Shown here one piece after another: positions 9,891 through 20,436 of a stretch of 64,000 nucleotides of DNA. The stretch comes from Bacillota bacterium (lineage in GTDB: Bacteria; Bacillota; Clostridia; Christensenellales; Aristaeellaceae). Numbering within the stretch: position 1 is the first letter of the stretch; the number at the start of each line of letters is the position of its first letter. The notes beneath the pieces are model-generated. The model searched no databases. It had not been told where the DNA came from and saw nothing but the letters and a program-made list of their open reading frames with translations. Position numbers and translations under genes: made by a program. The DNA is taken from positions 13,277-77,276 of the forward strand of contig CAUJDI010000045.1 of the NCBI GenBank assembly GCA_963169565.1. Direction: 5' to 3'.

Positions 9891-10004
9891 TCCCGTCAGG
9901 GACGTTTTGCATTTTGCTTGCACTTTCATTCATTTTCATGTTATATTGTTGCAACCTCTCACCTGGAGGCTGTAGTATCATACAATATCAAACAGGAGGA
10001 ACGC

Positions 10005-11183
10005 ATGATGAAAAAGTGGATCGCACTGGCAATGGCCCTGATGCTGGTTCTGCCCCTGATCGCTCTGGGTGAGCAGATCAAGGGCGAAATCACCATCGGC
10101 ATCTATGAACCCGCCTCAGGCCCCAACGGCGCCGGCGGCAAGCAGGAGACATTGGGCATCTATTATGCAAACTTTGTCGCGCCCACAGTCCAGCTTTCAG
10201 ACGGTGTATACAAAATCAATCTCGTCGAAGTGGATAACCAGTCTTCCAATGACAAGGCTCCCAGCGCAGCGCAGACCCTGGTGAGCGCCGGCGCTTCCAT
10301 CGTCCTGGGCTCCTACGGCTCCGGCGTGTCCATCGCAGCTTCCGGGATCTTTGACGATGCCGGCCTGGTCGCCATCGGCCTGTCCTGCACCAACCCGCAG
10401 GTGACCATCGGCAACCCGCTGTACTACCGCATCTGCTACCTGGATCCTTTCCAGGGCACGGTGCTGGCCAACTTCGCCAAAGACGAGTTCGCGGCCAAGA
10501 AAGCCTATACGCTGGCGCAGCTTGGCAATGACTATGACGTCGGCCTGGCCTACTATTTCACCGAAGCCTTCAAGGGGCTGGGCGGCGATGTGACCGGCGA
10601 GACCTTCCCGCTGGGCACCAGTGACTTCACCGCCTATCTGACCAGCGCGGTCAACGCGGGCGCGGAAGTCATCTTCTCCCCCACCTCCACGGAATTTGCC
10701 TCCCAGATCATCACCCAGGCGGCGGCCAACGGAGTCAAGGTCCCCATCCTGGCCGGCGACACCTGGGACTCCTCCGTCATCCTGGACGCCGCCAAGGGCA
10801 CGGACCTGTCGGTGAGCGTCTCCACCTTCTTTGACGAGGGTGACACTTCCTCCGCAGCGGCCGAGTTCGTCACCGGCTTCAAGGCCTGGCTGAACGCCAA
10901 TCCGGACAAGCTGGCCAACAATGGCGGGAATGACATCGTCGCGGCCGTGTCCGCGCTGGGCTATGACGGCTACATGGTGGCGCTGGAGGCGCTGAAGAAG
11001 GCCGACTCCGCCGATCGTGAGGACATCGCCGAGATCATGGCTGACGTGACCTACACAGGCGTGACCGGCGCGATCGTATTCGGCGAAAACGGGGATGCCA
11101 TGCGTGACCAGGCCTTCATCAAGAAGACCAACAACGCCGACGGCAGCTGGATCTTCGTGAAAGTCCAGAGCATCGCGAAGTAA
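10005..11183 (+). CDS. ABC transporter substrate-binding protein, Leu/Ile/Val-binding (type 1 PBP) family
   Basis: Signal peptide MMKKWIALAMALMLVLPLIALG after RBS AGGAGGAA, followed by livHMGF. The track ORF starts at 9918. Confidence 0.85.
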   Translation: MMKKWIALAMALMLVLPLIALGEQIKGEITIGIYEPASGPNGAGGKQETLGIYYANFVAPTVQLSDGVYKINLVEVDNQSSNDKAPSAAQTLVSAGASIVLGSYGSGVSIAASGIFDDAGLVAIGLSCTNPQVTIGNPLYYRICYLDPFQGTVLANFAKDEFAAKKAYTLAQLGNDYDVGLAYYFTEAFKGLGGDVTGETFPLGTSDFTAYLTSAVNAGAEVIFSPTSTEFASQIITQAAANGVKVPILAGDTWDSSVILDAAKGTDLSVSVSTFFDEGDTSSAAAEFVTGFKAWLNANPDKLANNGGNDIVAAVSALGYDGYMVALEALKKADSADREDIAEIMADVTYTGVTGAIVFGENGDAMRDQAFIKKTNNADGSWIFVKVQSIAK

Positions 11184-11220
11184 TCCTTTCAAAACCATCC
11201 ATCCGGTCTGACCGGGGCAT

Positions 11221-11253
11221 GGGGGCCGATGTCTCGTCGGCCCCCATTTTCTG
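11221..11253 (+). terminator. intra-operon attenuating hairpin after the binding-protein gene
   Basis: GGGGGCCGA / TCGGCCCCC perfect 9 bp stem followed by ATTTTCTG, between the SBP stop (11183) and the livH start (11269). Confidence 0.65.
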
Positions 11254-11268
11254 TAAGGGGGTCCATCC

Positions 11269-12156
11269 ATGTCGGATTTCATCCGCGCCAACCTGCCCTA
11301 CCTGCTGGCCGGCATCTCCGTGGGCGGTCAGTATGCCCTTATCGCCATCGGCTATACGATGGTGTACGGCATCCTGCGGCTGATCAACTTCGCCCACGGC
11401 GACATCTTCACCGTTGCCGCCTTCGTGATGGTATACATGAACGCGACGATGCCGCTGTACATCTCCCTGCCGCTGACAGCGGCAGTGACGGTGGCGCTGG
11501 GTTTCGCGGTGGAACGCGTCGCCTACAAGCCGCTGCGAACCGCGCCGAGGATGAGCATCATGATTTCCGCGATCGGGGTCAGTTACCTCCTGCAGAACCT
11601 GATGTGGTACATCACCGGCGGCCTTGCCAAGCAGTACCCCACGATCCCCTGGATCTCAAGCTCAGTGACGATCTACACCGCGACGACAAAGATGGTCACG
11701 CTGGTCACCCCGGTGCTGACGCTGCTGCTGGTGATACTGCTGGTGCAGCTGATCAACCACACGAAGATCGGCATGGCGATGCGGGCGGTGAGCAAGGACT
11801 TTGAAACATCCAAGCTCATGGGCATCCGGATCAACCAGGTCATCTCCGTTACCTTTATCATCGGATCTTTCCTGGCGGCAGTCGGCTCGATGCTCTATTT
11901 CTCAAACTACACCGCCGTCACGCCGGTCTCCGGGGCGATGCCAGGGCTGAAAGCCTTCGTGGCCGCGGTGTTCGGGGGCATCGGTTCAATCCCCGGCGCG
12001 GTCATCGGGGCCTTCATCATCGGCATCTGCGAGAACATCATCAAGGCGCTGGGGCTGACCACCTTCTCCGACGCCTTCACCTTTGCGCTGCTGATCATCA
12101 TCCTTATCTTCAAGCCCTCGGGTCTCTTCGGCGAGGCCATCTACGAAAAAGTGTAG
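11269..12156 (+). CDS. livH: branched-chain amino acid ABC permease LivH
   Basis: 295 aa membrane protein with the LINFAHGD motif typical of LivH. Confidence 0.9.
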   Translation: MSDFIRANLPYLLAGISVGGQYALIAIGYTMVYGILRLINFAHGDIFTVAAFVMVYMNATMPLYISLPLTAAVTVALGFAVERVAYKPLRTAPRMSIMISAIGVSYLLQNLMWYITGGLAKQYPTIPWISSSVTIYTATTKMVTLVTPVLTLLLVILLVQLINHTKIGMAMRAVSKDFETSKLMGIRINQVISVTFIIGSFLAAVGSMLYFSNYTAVTPVSGAMPGLKAFVAAVFGGIGSIPGAVIGAFIIGICENIIKALGLTTFSDAFTFALLIIILIFKPSGLFGEAIYEKV

Positions 12157-12165
12157 GTGCGAGAG

Positions 12166-13599
12166 ATGAAAAAGACAAGGATCACACTGATCGTCCTGTT
12201 CACGCTCTGCGCGCTGGCGCTGATCATTTTCTCCCTGTCCGTCAAAGACAGCCTGCCCGGTCTGCTGGACCGGATGGATGCCGAACAAACGGCCACACAG
12301 GATGACAAGATGCTCAAGGCCCGGGACCGGGTACTGGAAAGCATCCGAGAGGGTGACCGCTCCAAGATCCTGCGCAACCTGGAACGCTATACCTCAGGAT
12401 GGGCTGACCGGCTGGATCTGAATGGTGAGATCGGGCTTGAGCTGTTCTTTTTCAGGAACGGTCCTTCCCTCACTGCGCTGGGCCTGTTCCTGCTTGCCGC
12501 GGCAGTCGCCATGGCACTGAGTGTTCTGGACAGGAAAGGCCGTTTCCGGAAAGCGGCGCCGCCGCTGATGCTCATCGCGGCGGTCTATACAGGCGTCTAC
12601 ATCCTGGAAAACGTTGTGGGAAGCGATTCCATGCTGATGACGGTGCTGGAAAAGGGAGCGATCTTCGCGCTCATCGCCGTGTCAATGAACCTGCTCAACG
12701 GCTTTACCGGCCTGTTCTCCCTGGGCCAGGCAGGTTTTATGCTCATCGGCGCCTATACCTATGCGATCTTCACCATTGAGACGGGGACACGCCCGCAGGT
12801 ATACCAGTATTATGCCGGCGGCCTGGTTCAGTTCACGCTGCCCGCTCTGGTGTCCATCGGCCTGGCCGGGCTGGCCGCGGCGTTCTTCGCCTTCCTCATC
12901 GGCTTGCCGGTGCTGCGGCTGAAGAGCGATTACCTGGCCATCGCGACGCTGGGCTTTGCGGAAATCATCCGCGCGGTGTTCCAGTATGACGGGCTGGGCC
13001 CGATCACCAACGGCAGCAACCTGCTGCGAAAATTCGCCACCTATGATACCGTCCTGTTCCCCTTTGTGATCGCCGGGGTCTGCATCGCGCTCATCGCGCT
13101 GATCATCAACTCCACCTACGGGCGTTCCTTCAAAGCCATCCGGGATGACGAGATCGCGGCGGAAGCGATGGGCATCAACCTGTTCCGGCATAAGCAGATG
13201 GCCTTCGTGATCAGCAGCTTCTTCGCCGGCATCGGTGGCGCGCTGCTGGCGATGTACCAGACGACCGTCCAGGCGGCGGCCTTCACCTCGGCCATGACCT
13301 ATGAGATCCTGCTGATCGTCGTCATCGGCGGGATGGGCTCCGTCACCGGCTCCGTCATCGCCAGTTTCCTCTTCGTCGCCGCCAGCGAATGGTGGCTGCG
13401 CTTCCTGGACAACGAGCAGATGATCGGCTCCTTCCAGGTCCCGCTGCTGCGAAGCGGCTTCAGGATGGTGGTGTTCTCCGTGGTCATCATGGCGGTCGTG
13501 CTGTTTTACCGAAAGGGCATCATGGGCGACAGGGAGCTGAGCATCAAACGCCTCACTTCCAGGCTGTCCCTTAGGAAGGGAGGCTTGAAGAATGGCTGA
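12166..13599 (+). CDS. livM: branched-chain amino acid ABC permease LivM (with ~150 aa N-terminal extension)
   Basis: LSLGQAGFMLIGAY core. ATG at 12166 lies 6 nt after AGGTG; GTG at 12157 is an alternative start. Confidence 0.88.
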   Translation: MKKTRITLIVLFTLCALALIIFSLSVKDSLPGLLDRMDAEQTATQDDKMLKARDRVLESIREGDRSKILRNLERYTSGWADRLDLNGEIGLELFFFRNGPSLTALGLFLLAAAVAMALSVLDRKGRFRKAAPPLMLIAAVYTGVYILENVVGSDSMLMTVLEKGAIFALIAVSMNLLNGFTGLFSLGQAGFMLIGAYTYAIFTIETGTRPQVYQYYAGGLVQFTLPALVSIGLAGLAAAFFAFLIGLPVLRLKSDYLAIATLGFAEIIRAVFQYDGLGPITNGSNLLRKFATYDTVLFPFVIAGVCIALIALIINSTYGRSFKAIRDDEIAAEAMGINLFRHKQMAFVISSFFAGIGGALLAMYQTTVQAAAFTSAMTYEILLIVVIGGMGSVTGSVIASFLFVAASEWWLRFLDNEQMIGSFQVPLLRSGFRMVVFSVVIMAVVLFYRKGIMGDRELSIKRLTSRLSLRKGGLKNG

Positions 13600-14431
13600 G
13601 CACGTTCTGGAACTGAAGCATATCACCATGCAGTTCGGCGGGGTCGTCGCGGTGGATGACCTATCCATGCACATCGACCAGGGCGAGATCGTGGCCCTTA
13701 TCGGCCCCAACGGCGCCGGGAAGACCACCGCCTTCAACTGCGTCACCGGGGTGTACACCCCGACAAGCGGGCAGGTGCTCTATCACGGCCGCCTGATCGT
13801 CAGCAACCGGCCCGAGGGACGGATGAAAACGCTCTACGCGGGCAGTCAAAAAGATCATCCCGCGGAGGTGGTCGTCAACACGCCTGACAGGATCACAAAA
13901 CTGGGTCTGGCCCGCACGTTCCAGAACATCCGGCTGTTCAAAACACAGACAGTTTTTGAAAACGTCCTCATCGCCACCCACCTTCACCGCACCAGTAACC
14001 TGCTTACCGCGACCCTTCGCCTGAACTGGCGGGAGGAGAGGGAGATGCGGGAAGAGGTACTGAACCTTCTGGAGGTGGTGGGTCTGAAAGACGCCAGGGA
14101 CGAACTGGCCACCTCGCTGCCCTACGGCAAGCAGCGCAGGCTGGAAATCGCCCGGGCGCTGGCGACACGGCCAAAACTGCTCCTGCTGGATGAGCCGGCC
14201 GCCGGGATGAACCCTCAGGAAACCGACAGCCTGGCGCTGTTCATCAAGCAGATCAAGGACCGCTTTGCCCTGACCGTGTTCCTGATCGAGCATCATATGG
14301 ACCTGGTGATGGACATTTCTGACCGGATCTATGTCATCGACTTTGGCAGGCTCATCGCACACGGGGCTCCGCACGAGGTTCAGGACGATCCCGACGTCAT
14401 CAACGCGTATCTGGGGGTGGACGAGGAATGA
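13592..14431 (+). CDS. livG: ABC ATP-binding protein LivG
   Basis: Walker A GPNGAGKTT, signature LPYGKQRRLEIARAL, Walker B LLLLDEPAAG. Overlaps the livM end. Confidence 0.92.
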   Translation: MAEHVLELKHITMQFGGVVAVDDLSMHIDQGEIVALIGPNGAGKTTAFNCVTGVYTPTSGQVLYHGRLIVSNRPEGRMKTLYAGSQKDHPAEVVVNTPDRITKLGLARTFQNIRLFKTQTVFENVLIATHLHRTSNLLTATLRLNWREEREMREEVLNLLEVVGLKDARDELATSLPYGKQRRLEIARALATRPKLLLLDEPAAGMNPQETDSLALFIKQIKDRFALTVFLIEHHMDLVMDISDRIYVIDFGRLIAHGAPHEVQDDPDVINAYLGVDEE

Positions 14432-15165
14432 GCCTGTTGACAGTCAAGGACCTGCAGGTCAGTTACGGCGGGATCGAAGCCCTCAAGGGAATTTCATTCA
14501 CTGTCGAGAAGGGCCAGATCGTCACCCTCATCGGCGCTAACGGAGCAGGCAAGTCCACCGCGCTGCGCGCCATCAGCGGCCTTGTGCCGGTCAAAGCCGG
14601 AAGCATCACCTTTGACGGCAAGGAGATCAAGGGATGGGACACCTCAAGGATCGTTTCGGAGGGCATCGTGATGGTGCCGGAAGGGCGCAGGGTGTTCCCC
14701 AACCTGACGGTGCTGGAGAACCTGAAGATTGGCGCCTACCTGAGAAAGGACCCTGCGGAGGTCAGCGCATCGATCCAATACGTTTTCGAGCGCTTTCCCC
14801 GGCTGAAGGAGCGCGACTGGCAGATGGCGGGGACCCTGTCCGGCGGCGAACAGCAGATGCTGGCCGTCGGCCGCGCCCTGATGGCCCGCCCCCGGCTGCT
14901 GATGATGGATGAACCCTCCCTGGGCCTGGCTCCGCTGGTGGTCCGGGACATTTTCGCCATCATCCAGCGTCTGATGCAGGAAGGCATCACCATCCTGCTT
15001 ATCGAACAGAATGCCAACGCCGCGCTGCGCGCCGCGCATTACGGCTACGTCCTGGAAACGGGGCGCGTCACGCTGGAGGACACCGGAACAAACCTGCTGA
15101 ACAACCAGAAGGTCCGGGACGCCTACCTGGGACAGAGCCGGAAAAGAAAGGCCCAAGGGGAGTAA
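14428..15165 (+). CDS. livF: ABC ATP-binding protein LivF
   Basis: GANGAGKST, LSGGEQQMLAVGRAL, LLMMDEPSLGL. ATGA overlap with livG. Confidence 0.92.
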   Translation: MSLLTVKDLQVSYGGIEALKGISFTVEKGQIVTLIGANGAGKSTALRAISGLVPVKAGSITFDGKEIKGWDTSRIVSEGIVMVPEGRRVFPNLTVLENLKIGAYLRKDPAEVSASIQYVFERFPRLKERDWQMAGTLSGGEQQMLAVGRALMARPRLLMMDEPSLGLAPLVVRDIFAIIQRLMQEGITILLIEQNANAALRAAHYGYVLETGRVTLEDTGTNLLNNQKVRDAYLGQSRKRKAQGE

Positions 15166-15195
15166 GCGGAGGCCAGGAATACTAAAGAGCAAAAC

Positions 15196-15230
15196 GGGAC
15201 TGGAAACTCGCTTCCAGTCCCATATTGTTC
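15196..15230 (+). terminator. intrinsic terminator of the liv operon
   Basis: GGGACTGGAA / TTCCAGTCCC 10 bp stem (15196..15221) followed by a T-containing tail. Confidence 0.7.
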
Positions 15231-15237
15231 AATCTGA

Positions 15238-15266
15238 TTGCTTATGGCTCATCCCCGGGATATAAT
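15238..15266 (+). promoter_or_regulatory. putative sigma-A promoter of prmA-mtaB-hit
   Basis: TTGCTT (15238..15243), 17 nt spacer, TATAAT (15261..15266), 28 nt before the prmA ATG. Confidence 0.6.
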
Positions 15267-15293
15267 CCCCTCATCAGCAGCGCGGAGGGCAGC

Positions 15294-16229
15294 ATGGACT
15301 GGATCGAGGTATGCGTCAGCACGACAAGCCGTGGCGCGGACACGGTGTCCGGGCTGTTGATGATATGCGGTGCAAAAGGCACGCAGATCATTGACCGCGG
15401 GGATGTGCTGGATGCTGCCCGCCTTCCCGGTTTCGGCGAGATCATCGACGCGGAACTGGCCGCGAAGATGCCGGAGGACGTGCAGGTGAAAGCCTGGTAT
15501 GCCTCCGCCGAGGACGCGATCAGCGCACGAAGCGCCATTGAGAGACTTGCAGGCGGCAAAGAGGCGGACTTCGGCGCGCTCACTGTGAGCAGCTCCACCG
15601 TCGCGGATGAGGACTGGGCCGAGAACTGGAAGAAATACTTCAAGACCGCACGGATCGGGAAGCGCCTGGTCATCAAACCGGTCTGGGAAGAGTACACACC
15701 GCTTACCGGTGACCTGATCATCCATATGGAGCCGGGGATGGCCTTCGGCACGGGGGCGCATGAGACGACGCAGCTATGCCTGGACATGATCGAGCGCACA
15801 TATCAGGGCGGTCCGGCGCTGGACATCGGTACAGGATCGGGCATTCTGTCCATCGCGCTGGCCAAGCTGGGCGGCGGACCGGTCCTGGCGGTGGACATCG
15901 ATCCGGTCGCGGTCAAGGCCGCCGGGGAAAACATCGCTAAAAACGGACTTGCGGATACCGTCACCGTGGTCGCCGGCGACCTGCTGGACCATGCCGCGGG
16001 ACAGTATGCCTATATCTGCGCCAATATCCTGTCGGACGTCGTCATCAGTCTTTCGGATCGCCTCAGGCCATTGCTGGCGCCCGGCGCGCGCTTTCTCGCT
16101 TCCGGCATCATCAGGGACCGCGCGGCGGAAGTGCTGGACGTATATAAAAAAACCGGTTACCGGCTTGTGGAACGCCGTGAACTGGGTGAGTGGGTCGCGC
16201 TGCTGTTTGAAGATGCGGCGGCGCCGTGA
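15294..16229 (+). CDS. prmA: ribosomal protein L11 methyltransferase
   Basis: MDWIEV start after GGAGGG, SAM motif DIGTGSGILSIA, PrmA length and layout. The track ORF starts at 15225. Confidence 0.9.
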   Translation: MDWIEVCVSTTSRGADTVSGLLMICGAKGTQIIDRGDVLDAARLPGFGEIIDAELAAKMPEDVQVKAWYASAEDAISARSAIERLAGGKEADFGALTVSSSTVADEDWAENWKKYFKTARIGKRLVIKPVWEEYTPLTGDLIIHMEPGMAFGTGAHETTQLCLDMIERTYQGGPALDIGTGSGILSIALAKLGGGPVLAVDIDPVAVKAAGENIAKNGLADTVTVVAGDLLDHAAGQYAYICANILSDVVISLSDRLRPLLAPGARFLASGIIRDRAAEVLDVYKKTGYRLVERRELGEWVALLFEDAAAP

Positions 16230-16236
16230 TCCCGGC

Positions 16237-17568
16237 ATGATCCTGAATGAAGCAGTCAATCGATTGATCAGAGAGGCCTGTTTGAAGAAGACAGTGGCAT
16301 TTTATACCCTGGGCTGCAAGGTGAACCAGTATGACAGCCAGGCGATGCTGGAGAGGTTTCTGGAAGCCGGGTATGAGGCAAGGGAGTTCGGCGAGGCAGT
16401 TGACGTGAACGTCGTGGTCACCTGCGTGGTGACCTCGGCAGGCGAACAGAAAAGCCGGCAGATGCTTCACCGGGCAAAAAGGCTCTGCCCCAAAGCGGAG
16501 CTGATCGCGGCGGGCTGCCTCGCGCAGAAGGACGCCGAAAAGCTCAAGGACCTTGGGGCCAGGCTGATCATCGGGAACCAGCACAGGGACGGGATCGTCC
16601 GGCTGCTGGAAGAAGCTGTTCAGGATGACATCCAGCTGATTGCCGTGGAGGATGTGCGCAGGATCCCCTACGAGGATACGTCCATTTCCAGCCGGCAGGG
16701 CAAGACACGCGCGGTGATGAAGATCCAGGAAGGCTGCGACCGTTTCTGCAGCTATTGCATCATCCCCCACGTGCGCGGCGGCATCCGCTCCAGAAGCCCG
16801 GAAAAAATCAGGATGGAAGCAGCCAGGCTGGCATCAGCCGGTTTTCAGGAAATCGTGCTGACCGGGATCCACCTGAGCAGTTATGGCCGGGATCTTGACG
16901 GCGCTGACCTCATCAATGCCATCCGGCGCGTCGCGGAGTCAGGCATCCCGCGCATCCGTCTGGGCTCCCTGGAGCCCATGGCGGCGACGGATGAGTTTGT
17001 CTGCGAACTGAAGAAGATCCCCCAGGTCTGCCCGCAGTTCCACCTGTCCCTGCAATCCGGGTCGGACACCGTCCTTAAGCGGATGCGAAGGGCCTATACG
17101 TCCGCGGAGTACAGGGCATCCGCAACGCGCCTTCAGGCGGCATTCCAAGGCTGTGCGCTGACGACCGACGTCCTGGTGGGTTTCCCGGGGGAAACAGAGG
17201 AGGAGTTCAGCCAGACGCTTGCCTTCTGCCGGGCGGTCGGGTTTTCGAAAATGCACGTTTTCCCCTTCAGCAGCAGGACCGGGACGGCCGCAGAGAAGAT
17301 GCCCGGCCATCTCCCCCGCGCCGTCAAGGCTGAACGCGCCGCGCGCATGGGCGCGCTGGATGAGGAACTGTCCGCCGCTTTCCGTACAGGGATGCTGGGG
17401 ACCGTCCAGGACGTTCTGTTCGAGCAGCCCGCTGAACGGGGAGAGACGGAAGGTTATACGCCGCAGTATTTTACGGTCAAGGTCCTCGGCGGGATATCCG
17501 GCAGGATCCAGCGCGTCCGGCTGGATGCCATGGAAGGCGAAGGCTTCCGCGGAACGCTCATCCAATAG
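16237..17568 (+). CDS. mtaB: tRNA methylthiotransferase MtaB (radical SAM)
   Basis: TLGCKVNQYDS N-terminal domain and radical-SAM CDRFCSYC. Start is Met97 of the track ORF (16237). TTG at 16282 behind GAGAGG is an equally plausible start. Confidence 0.85.
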   Translation: MILNEAVNRLIREACLKKTVAFYTLGCKVNQYDSQAMLERFLEAGYEAREFGEAVDVNVVVTCVVTSAGEQKSRQMLHRAKRLCPKAELIAAGCLAQKDAEKLKDLGARLIIGNQHRDGIVRLLEEAVQDDIQLIAVEDVRRIPYEDTSISSRQGKTRAVMKIQEGCDRFCSYCIIPHVRGGIRSRSPEKIRMEAARLASAGFQEIVLTGIHLSSYGRDLDGADLINAIRRVAESGIPRIRLGSLEPMAATDEFVCELKKIPQVCPQFHLSLQSGSDTVLKRMRRAYTSAEYRASATRLQAAFQGCALTTDVLVGFPGETEEEFSQTLAFCRAVGFSKMHVFPFSSRTGTAAEKMPGHLPRAVKAERAARMGALDEELSAAFRTGMLGTVQDVLFEQPAERGETEGYTPQYFTVKVLGGISGRIQRVRLDAMEGEGFRGTLIQ

Positions 17569-17601
17569 AGACCATCAATCAGTCAGCAAGGAGGAACCAT
17601 C

Positions 17602-17946
17602 ATGAGCGACTGCCTGTTCTGCAAAATCGCGCGGGGCGAGATCCCCTGTGACAAGGTCTATGAGGATAATGATATCCTGGCATTCAGGGATATCCATCCT
17701 CAGACCGCGTGCCATGTGCTCATCATTCCAAAAGACCATTTTCCGGGGCTGAAAGAGCTGGAAAGCGCCAGTGACGCGCTGCTCGCCGGCCTTCTGCGCA
17801 AGGCAGCCGCTGTCGCCAAGTCGGCGGGGATCGACGGCAGCGGATACCGCCTGGTTTCAAACTGCGGCAGGGACGCCTGCCAAAGTGTGCAGCACCTCCA
17901 CTTCCATCTGTTGGGCGGCCAGCAACTCAGTGATAGAATGTCATAG
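17602..17946 (+). CDS. HIT-family (histidine triad) protein
   Basis: 114 aa with HLHFHLLGG. RBS AAGGAGGAA. Confidence 0.92.
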   Translation: MSDCLFCKIARGEIPCDKVYEDNDILAFRDIHPQTACHVLIIPKDHFPGLKELESASDALLAGLLRKAAAVAKSAGIDGSGYRLVSNCGRDACQSVQHLHFHLLGGQQLSDRMS

Positions 17947-17975
17947 CCATTCCTCCATTCAAGGCGCATAAGGTC

Positions 17976-18013
17976 GCGGGACGCATGAAAAATGATGCGT
18001 CCCGCTTTAATTT
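17976..18013 (+). terminator. intrinsic terminator after hit
   Basis: GCGGGACGCAT / ATGCGTCCCGC 11 bp stem followed by TTTAATTT. Confidence 0.8.
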
Positions 18014-18015
18014 GC

Positions 18016-18044
18016 TTGATAATCCGCCGTGATCGGGGTATAAT
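18016..18044 (+). promoter_or_regulatory. sigma-A promoter of the cggR operon
   Basis: TTGATA (18016..18021), exactly 17 nt spacer, TATAAT (18039..18044). Confidence 0.7.
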
Positions 18045-18070
18045 ATCCCGCGTGGGCAGTTTTTGACCCG
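18035..18070 (-). promoter_or_regulatory. candidate CggR operator (tandem direct repeat) overlapping the -10 box
   Basis: The minus strand reads CGGGTC-AAAAAC-TGCC-CACG-CGGGAT-ATTATA-CCCC. This keeps the spacing of the B. subtilis CggR operator CGGGAC-N6-TGTC-N4-CGGGAC-N6-TGTC (consensus recalled from the literature). The second TGTC element matches poorly. Confidence 0.4.
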
Positions 18071-18092
18071 CAAGGAAAGGGTGATTGAAAGC

Positions 18093-19163
18093 GTGCAGGA
18101 GATGAAGTGGTCCACGCTCAAGCGGATTGCGCCCAACCAGGTGGAGGAGATCTTCCGCCGCGCCCTGCTGCTGGAGAGGATCAACGCGATCGGTCCGGTG
18201 GGCAGGCGGACGCTGGCCGCATCGATGCAGCTTTCAGAGCGCGAGGTGCGCGCCGTCGCTGAGGCGCTCAAGGAGGAAGGCTTGATCCTGCTGAACACCA
18301 CCGGCATGATGCTGTCCCCCGCCGGCATCAAGATCCTTCCCGAGGTGCGTTCCCTATGCAGGTCCATCAGCGGCATCCATGAACTGGAGAAAGACCTGAA
18401 GGATAAACTGTGCATTCCGCAGCTGACCGTCGTTCCCGGCGACGCGGATCAGGATCGCATCGTGCTCATCGACCTGGGACGGGCGACCGCTCAGGTGGTC
18501 GAAAGCGTGCTGAAGGACGGGATGATCATCGCGGTATCCGGCGGCAGTACGATGAGCGAGGTCGCCCACGCCATGGCGCCTGCGGCCAGCCACGTGATGG
18601 TGGTGCCTGCACGCGGCGGCTTCGGCCGGATGGCCCAGATGCAGGCCGACGCCGTCGCGGGCGAACTGGCCCAACGGATCGGCGGCGACTGCAGGCTGAT
18701 GCACCTTCCGGAGGGAATGGATCAGGAGACCCTGAGCAAGGCCGTCAAGCTGCCGGGTGTGCGCGCAACACTGGCCCTGATGCGCAACGCGGACATCATT
18801 CTTTACGGCGTCGGGCGCGCTGCCGATATGGCGCAGCGGCGCGGCCTGTCCCTTGCCCTGCGCCGCCAGCTGCAGAAGGAAGGAGCGGTCGGCGAAGCCC
18901 TTGGAGAGTTTTATGACATCAACGGCCGCGTCGTCCATCAAAGCCCTTCCCTGTCCAGCGAGGTCGGGACAGGCAAACCCGGCGCAATGTCCATCATGGC
19001 AGGGGCGGGAGAAAAGAAGGCGGAGGCCATCCTGGCCGGCGTGCGTTGGCATCCCCCCTGGGCACTGGTGGTCGATGAGGGCGCCGGAAGGCGGATCCTT
19101 GCGATGCTGTCCAATCAGGACAATGAATCAGAATCAGAAGAAAAACAGGAGGCAGAACCATGA
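18093..19163 (+). CDS. cggR: SorC/CggR-family central glycolytic genes regulator
   Basis: N-terminal wHTH ([20 protein letters not shown]), sugar-phosphate-binding domain with VVPARGG, and position directly upstream of pgk. Start is ambiguous (TTG 18063, GTG 18081, GTG 18093, ATG 18102); 18093 has the best spacing to GGAAAGGGTG. Confidence 0.8.
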   Translation: MQEMKWSTLKRIAPNQVEEIFRRALLLERINAIGPVGRRTLAASMQLSEREVRAVAEALKEEGLILLNTTGMMLSPAGIKILPEVRSLCRSISGIHELEKDLKDKLCIPQLTVVPGDADQDRIVLIDLGRATAQVVESVLKDGMIIAVSGGSTMSEVAHAMAPAASHVMVVPARGGFGRMAQMQADAVAGELAQRIGGDCRLMHLPEGMDQETLSKAVKLPGVRATLALMRNADIILYGVGRAADMAQRRGLSLALRRQLQKEGAVGEALGEFYDINGRVVHQSPSLSSEVGTGKPGAMSIMAGAGEKKAEAILAGVRWHPPWALVVDEGAGRRILAMLSNQDNESESEEKQEAEP

Positions 19164-20344
19164 GCAAGATGACCGTGCGCGACGTAGAGCTGAAAGGCAA
19201 GAAGGTCCTGGTCCGGGTCGATTTCAACGTTCCCATGGATGAAGCAAAGCAGATCACCGATGAGAACCGCATCATCGGCGCGCTTCCGACCATCCGCTAT
19301 CTGAAGGATGCCGGCTCGCGGGTCATTCTGTGCAGCCATCTGGGCCGCCCCAAGGGCGAGTTCAACATGAAATATTCATTGGCCCCGGTGGCAGCCCGCC
19401 TTGGCGAGCTGCTGGGACAGGAAGTCAAGATGGCCAAGGACGTGATCGGCAGCGACGCGGACAGCCTGGTCGCCTCCCTGAAGGACGGCGAGGTACTGCT
19501 GCTGGAAAACCTGCGCTTTCATAAGGAAGAGGAGAAGAACGACGAGGCTTTCGCCAGGAAGCTTGCCTCCTATGCTGATGTATACGTCAACGACGCGTTC
19601 GGCACAGCACACCGCGCCCATGCCAGCACAGAGGGCGTCGCGCATTTCCTGCCCGCGGTATCAGGCTTCCTGATCGAAAAGGAACTTCAGTTCATGGGCA
19701 AGGCGCTGGAGAACCCGGACAGGCCGTTCGTTGCCATTCTGGGCGGCGCCAAGGTCTCCGACAAGCTTGGGGTCATCAACAACCTGCTGGAGAAGGTGGA
19801 CACCCTGATCATCGGCGGCGGGATGGCCTACACCTTCGCAGTGGCCGCCGGCGGCAAGGTCGGCAACAGCCTGCTGGAGCAGGACAAGGTCGAATATGCC
19901 AAAGACATGATGATAAAAGCCAAAGAGAAAGGCGTAAAGATGCTGCTGCCGGCGGATACGGTGGCGGCGGACAGGTTTGATAACGACGCGAACACCATGA
20001 TCGTGCCGACCAGCAGCATCCCCGATGGCTGGCAGGGGCTTGACATCGGGCCTGAAACCTGCAAGACCTTCGCCGAGGCGATCAGCAAAGCCAAAACAGT
20101 CATCTGGAACGGCCCGATGGGCGTGTTTGAAATGCCCAACTTCGCTCATGGCACAAAGGCAGTCGCTCAGGCGCTGGCTGAGAGCGGGGCGACCAGCATC
20201 GTCGGCGGGGGCGACTCCGCGGCAGCCGTCACACAACTGGGATACGCGGACAGGATCAGCCACATCTCAACAGGCGGAGGGGCATCGCTGGAGTTCCTGG
20301 AAGGCCTTGTACTGCCCGGCGTGGCGGCGCTGAAAGACAAATAG
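19160..20344 (+). CDS. pgk: phosphoglycerate kinase
   Basis: 394 aa with VRVDFNVP, standard Pgk throughout. ATGA overlap with cggR. Confidence 0.97.
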   Translation: MSKMTVRDVELKGKKVLVRVDFNVPMDEAKQITDENRIIGALPTIRYLKDAGSRVILCSHLGRPKGEFNMKYSLAPVAARLGELLGQEVKMAKDVIGSDADSLVASLKDGEVLLLENLRFHKEEEKNDEAFARKLASYADVYVNDAFGTAHRAHASTEGVAHFLPAVSGFLIEKELQFMGKALENPDRPFVAILGGAKVSDKLGVINNLLEKVDTLIIGGGMAYTFAVAAGGKVGNSLLEQDKVEYAKDMMIKAKEKGVKMLLPADTVAADRFDNDANTMIVPTSSIPDGWQGLDIGPETCKTFAEAISKAKTVIWNGPMGVFEMPNFAHGTKAVAQALAESGATSIVGGGDSAAAVTQLGYADRISHISTGGGASLEFLEGLVLPGVAALKDK

Positions 20345-20436
20345 GCACGGGGCGGTGCATGACCGCCCCTTTTCCCTGCGGCTGAGCAGGGCAAAATAAC
20401 AGTGTGACGGCTTTTTGCCGAAAAGATGGAGGAACA

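Noticed and set aside
16195-16265. An apparent one-base frame inconsistency at the prmA/mtaB junction when I translated the printed lines by eye (an extra c near 16200, a missing t near 16260).
   Set aside because: The ORF track gives intact PrmA and MtaB frames, and the track coordinates agree with the printed sequence on both sides. I treat this as my own reading error, not as a frameshift or pseudogene. Coordinates in this stretch were derived from the track.
17976-18005. The CGGGAC half-site inside the hairpin after hit, considered as a CggR binding site.
   Set aside because: It is a perfect inverted repeat followed by a T-run directly after a stop codon, so it is explained as the hit terminator. 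It also lacks the N6-TGTC partner of the operator.
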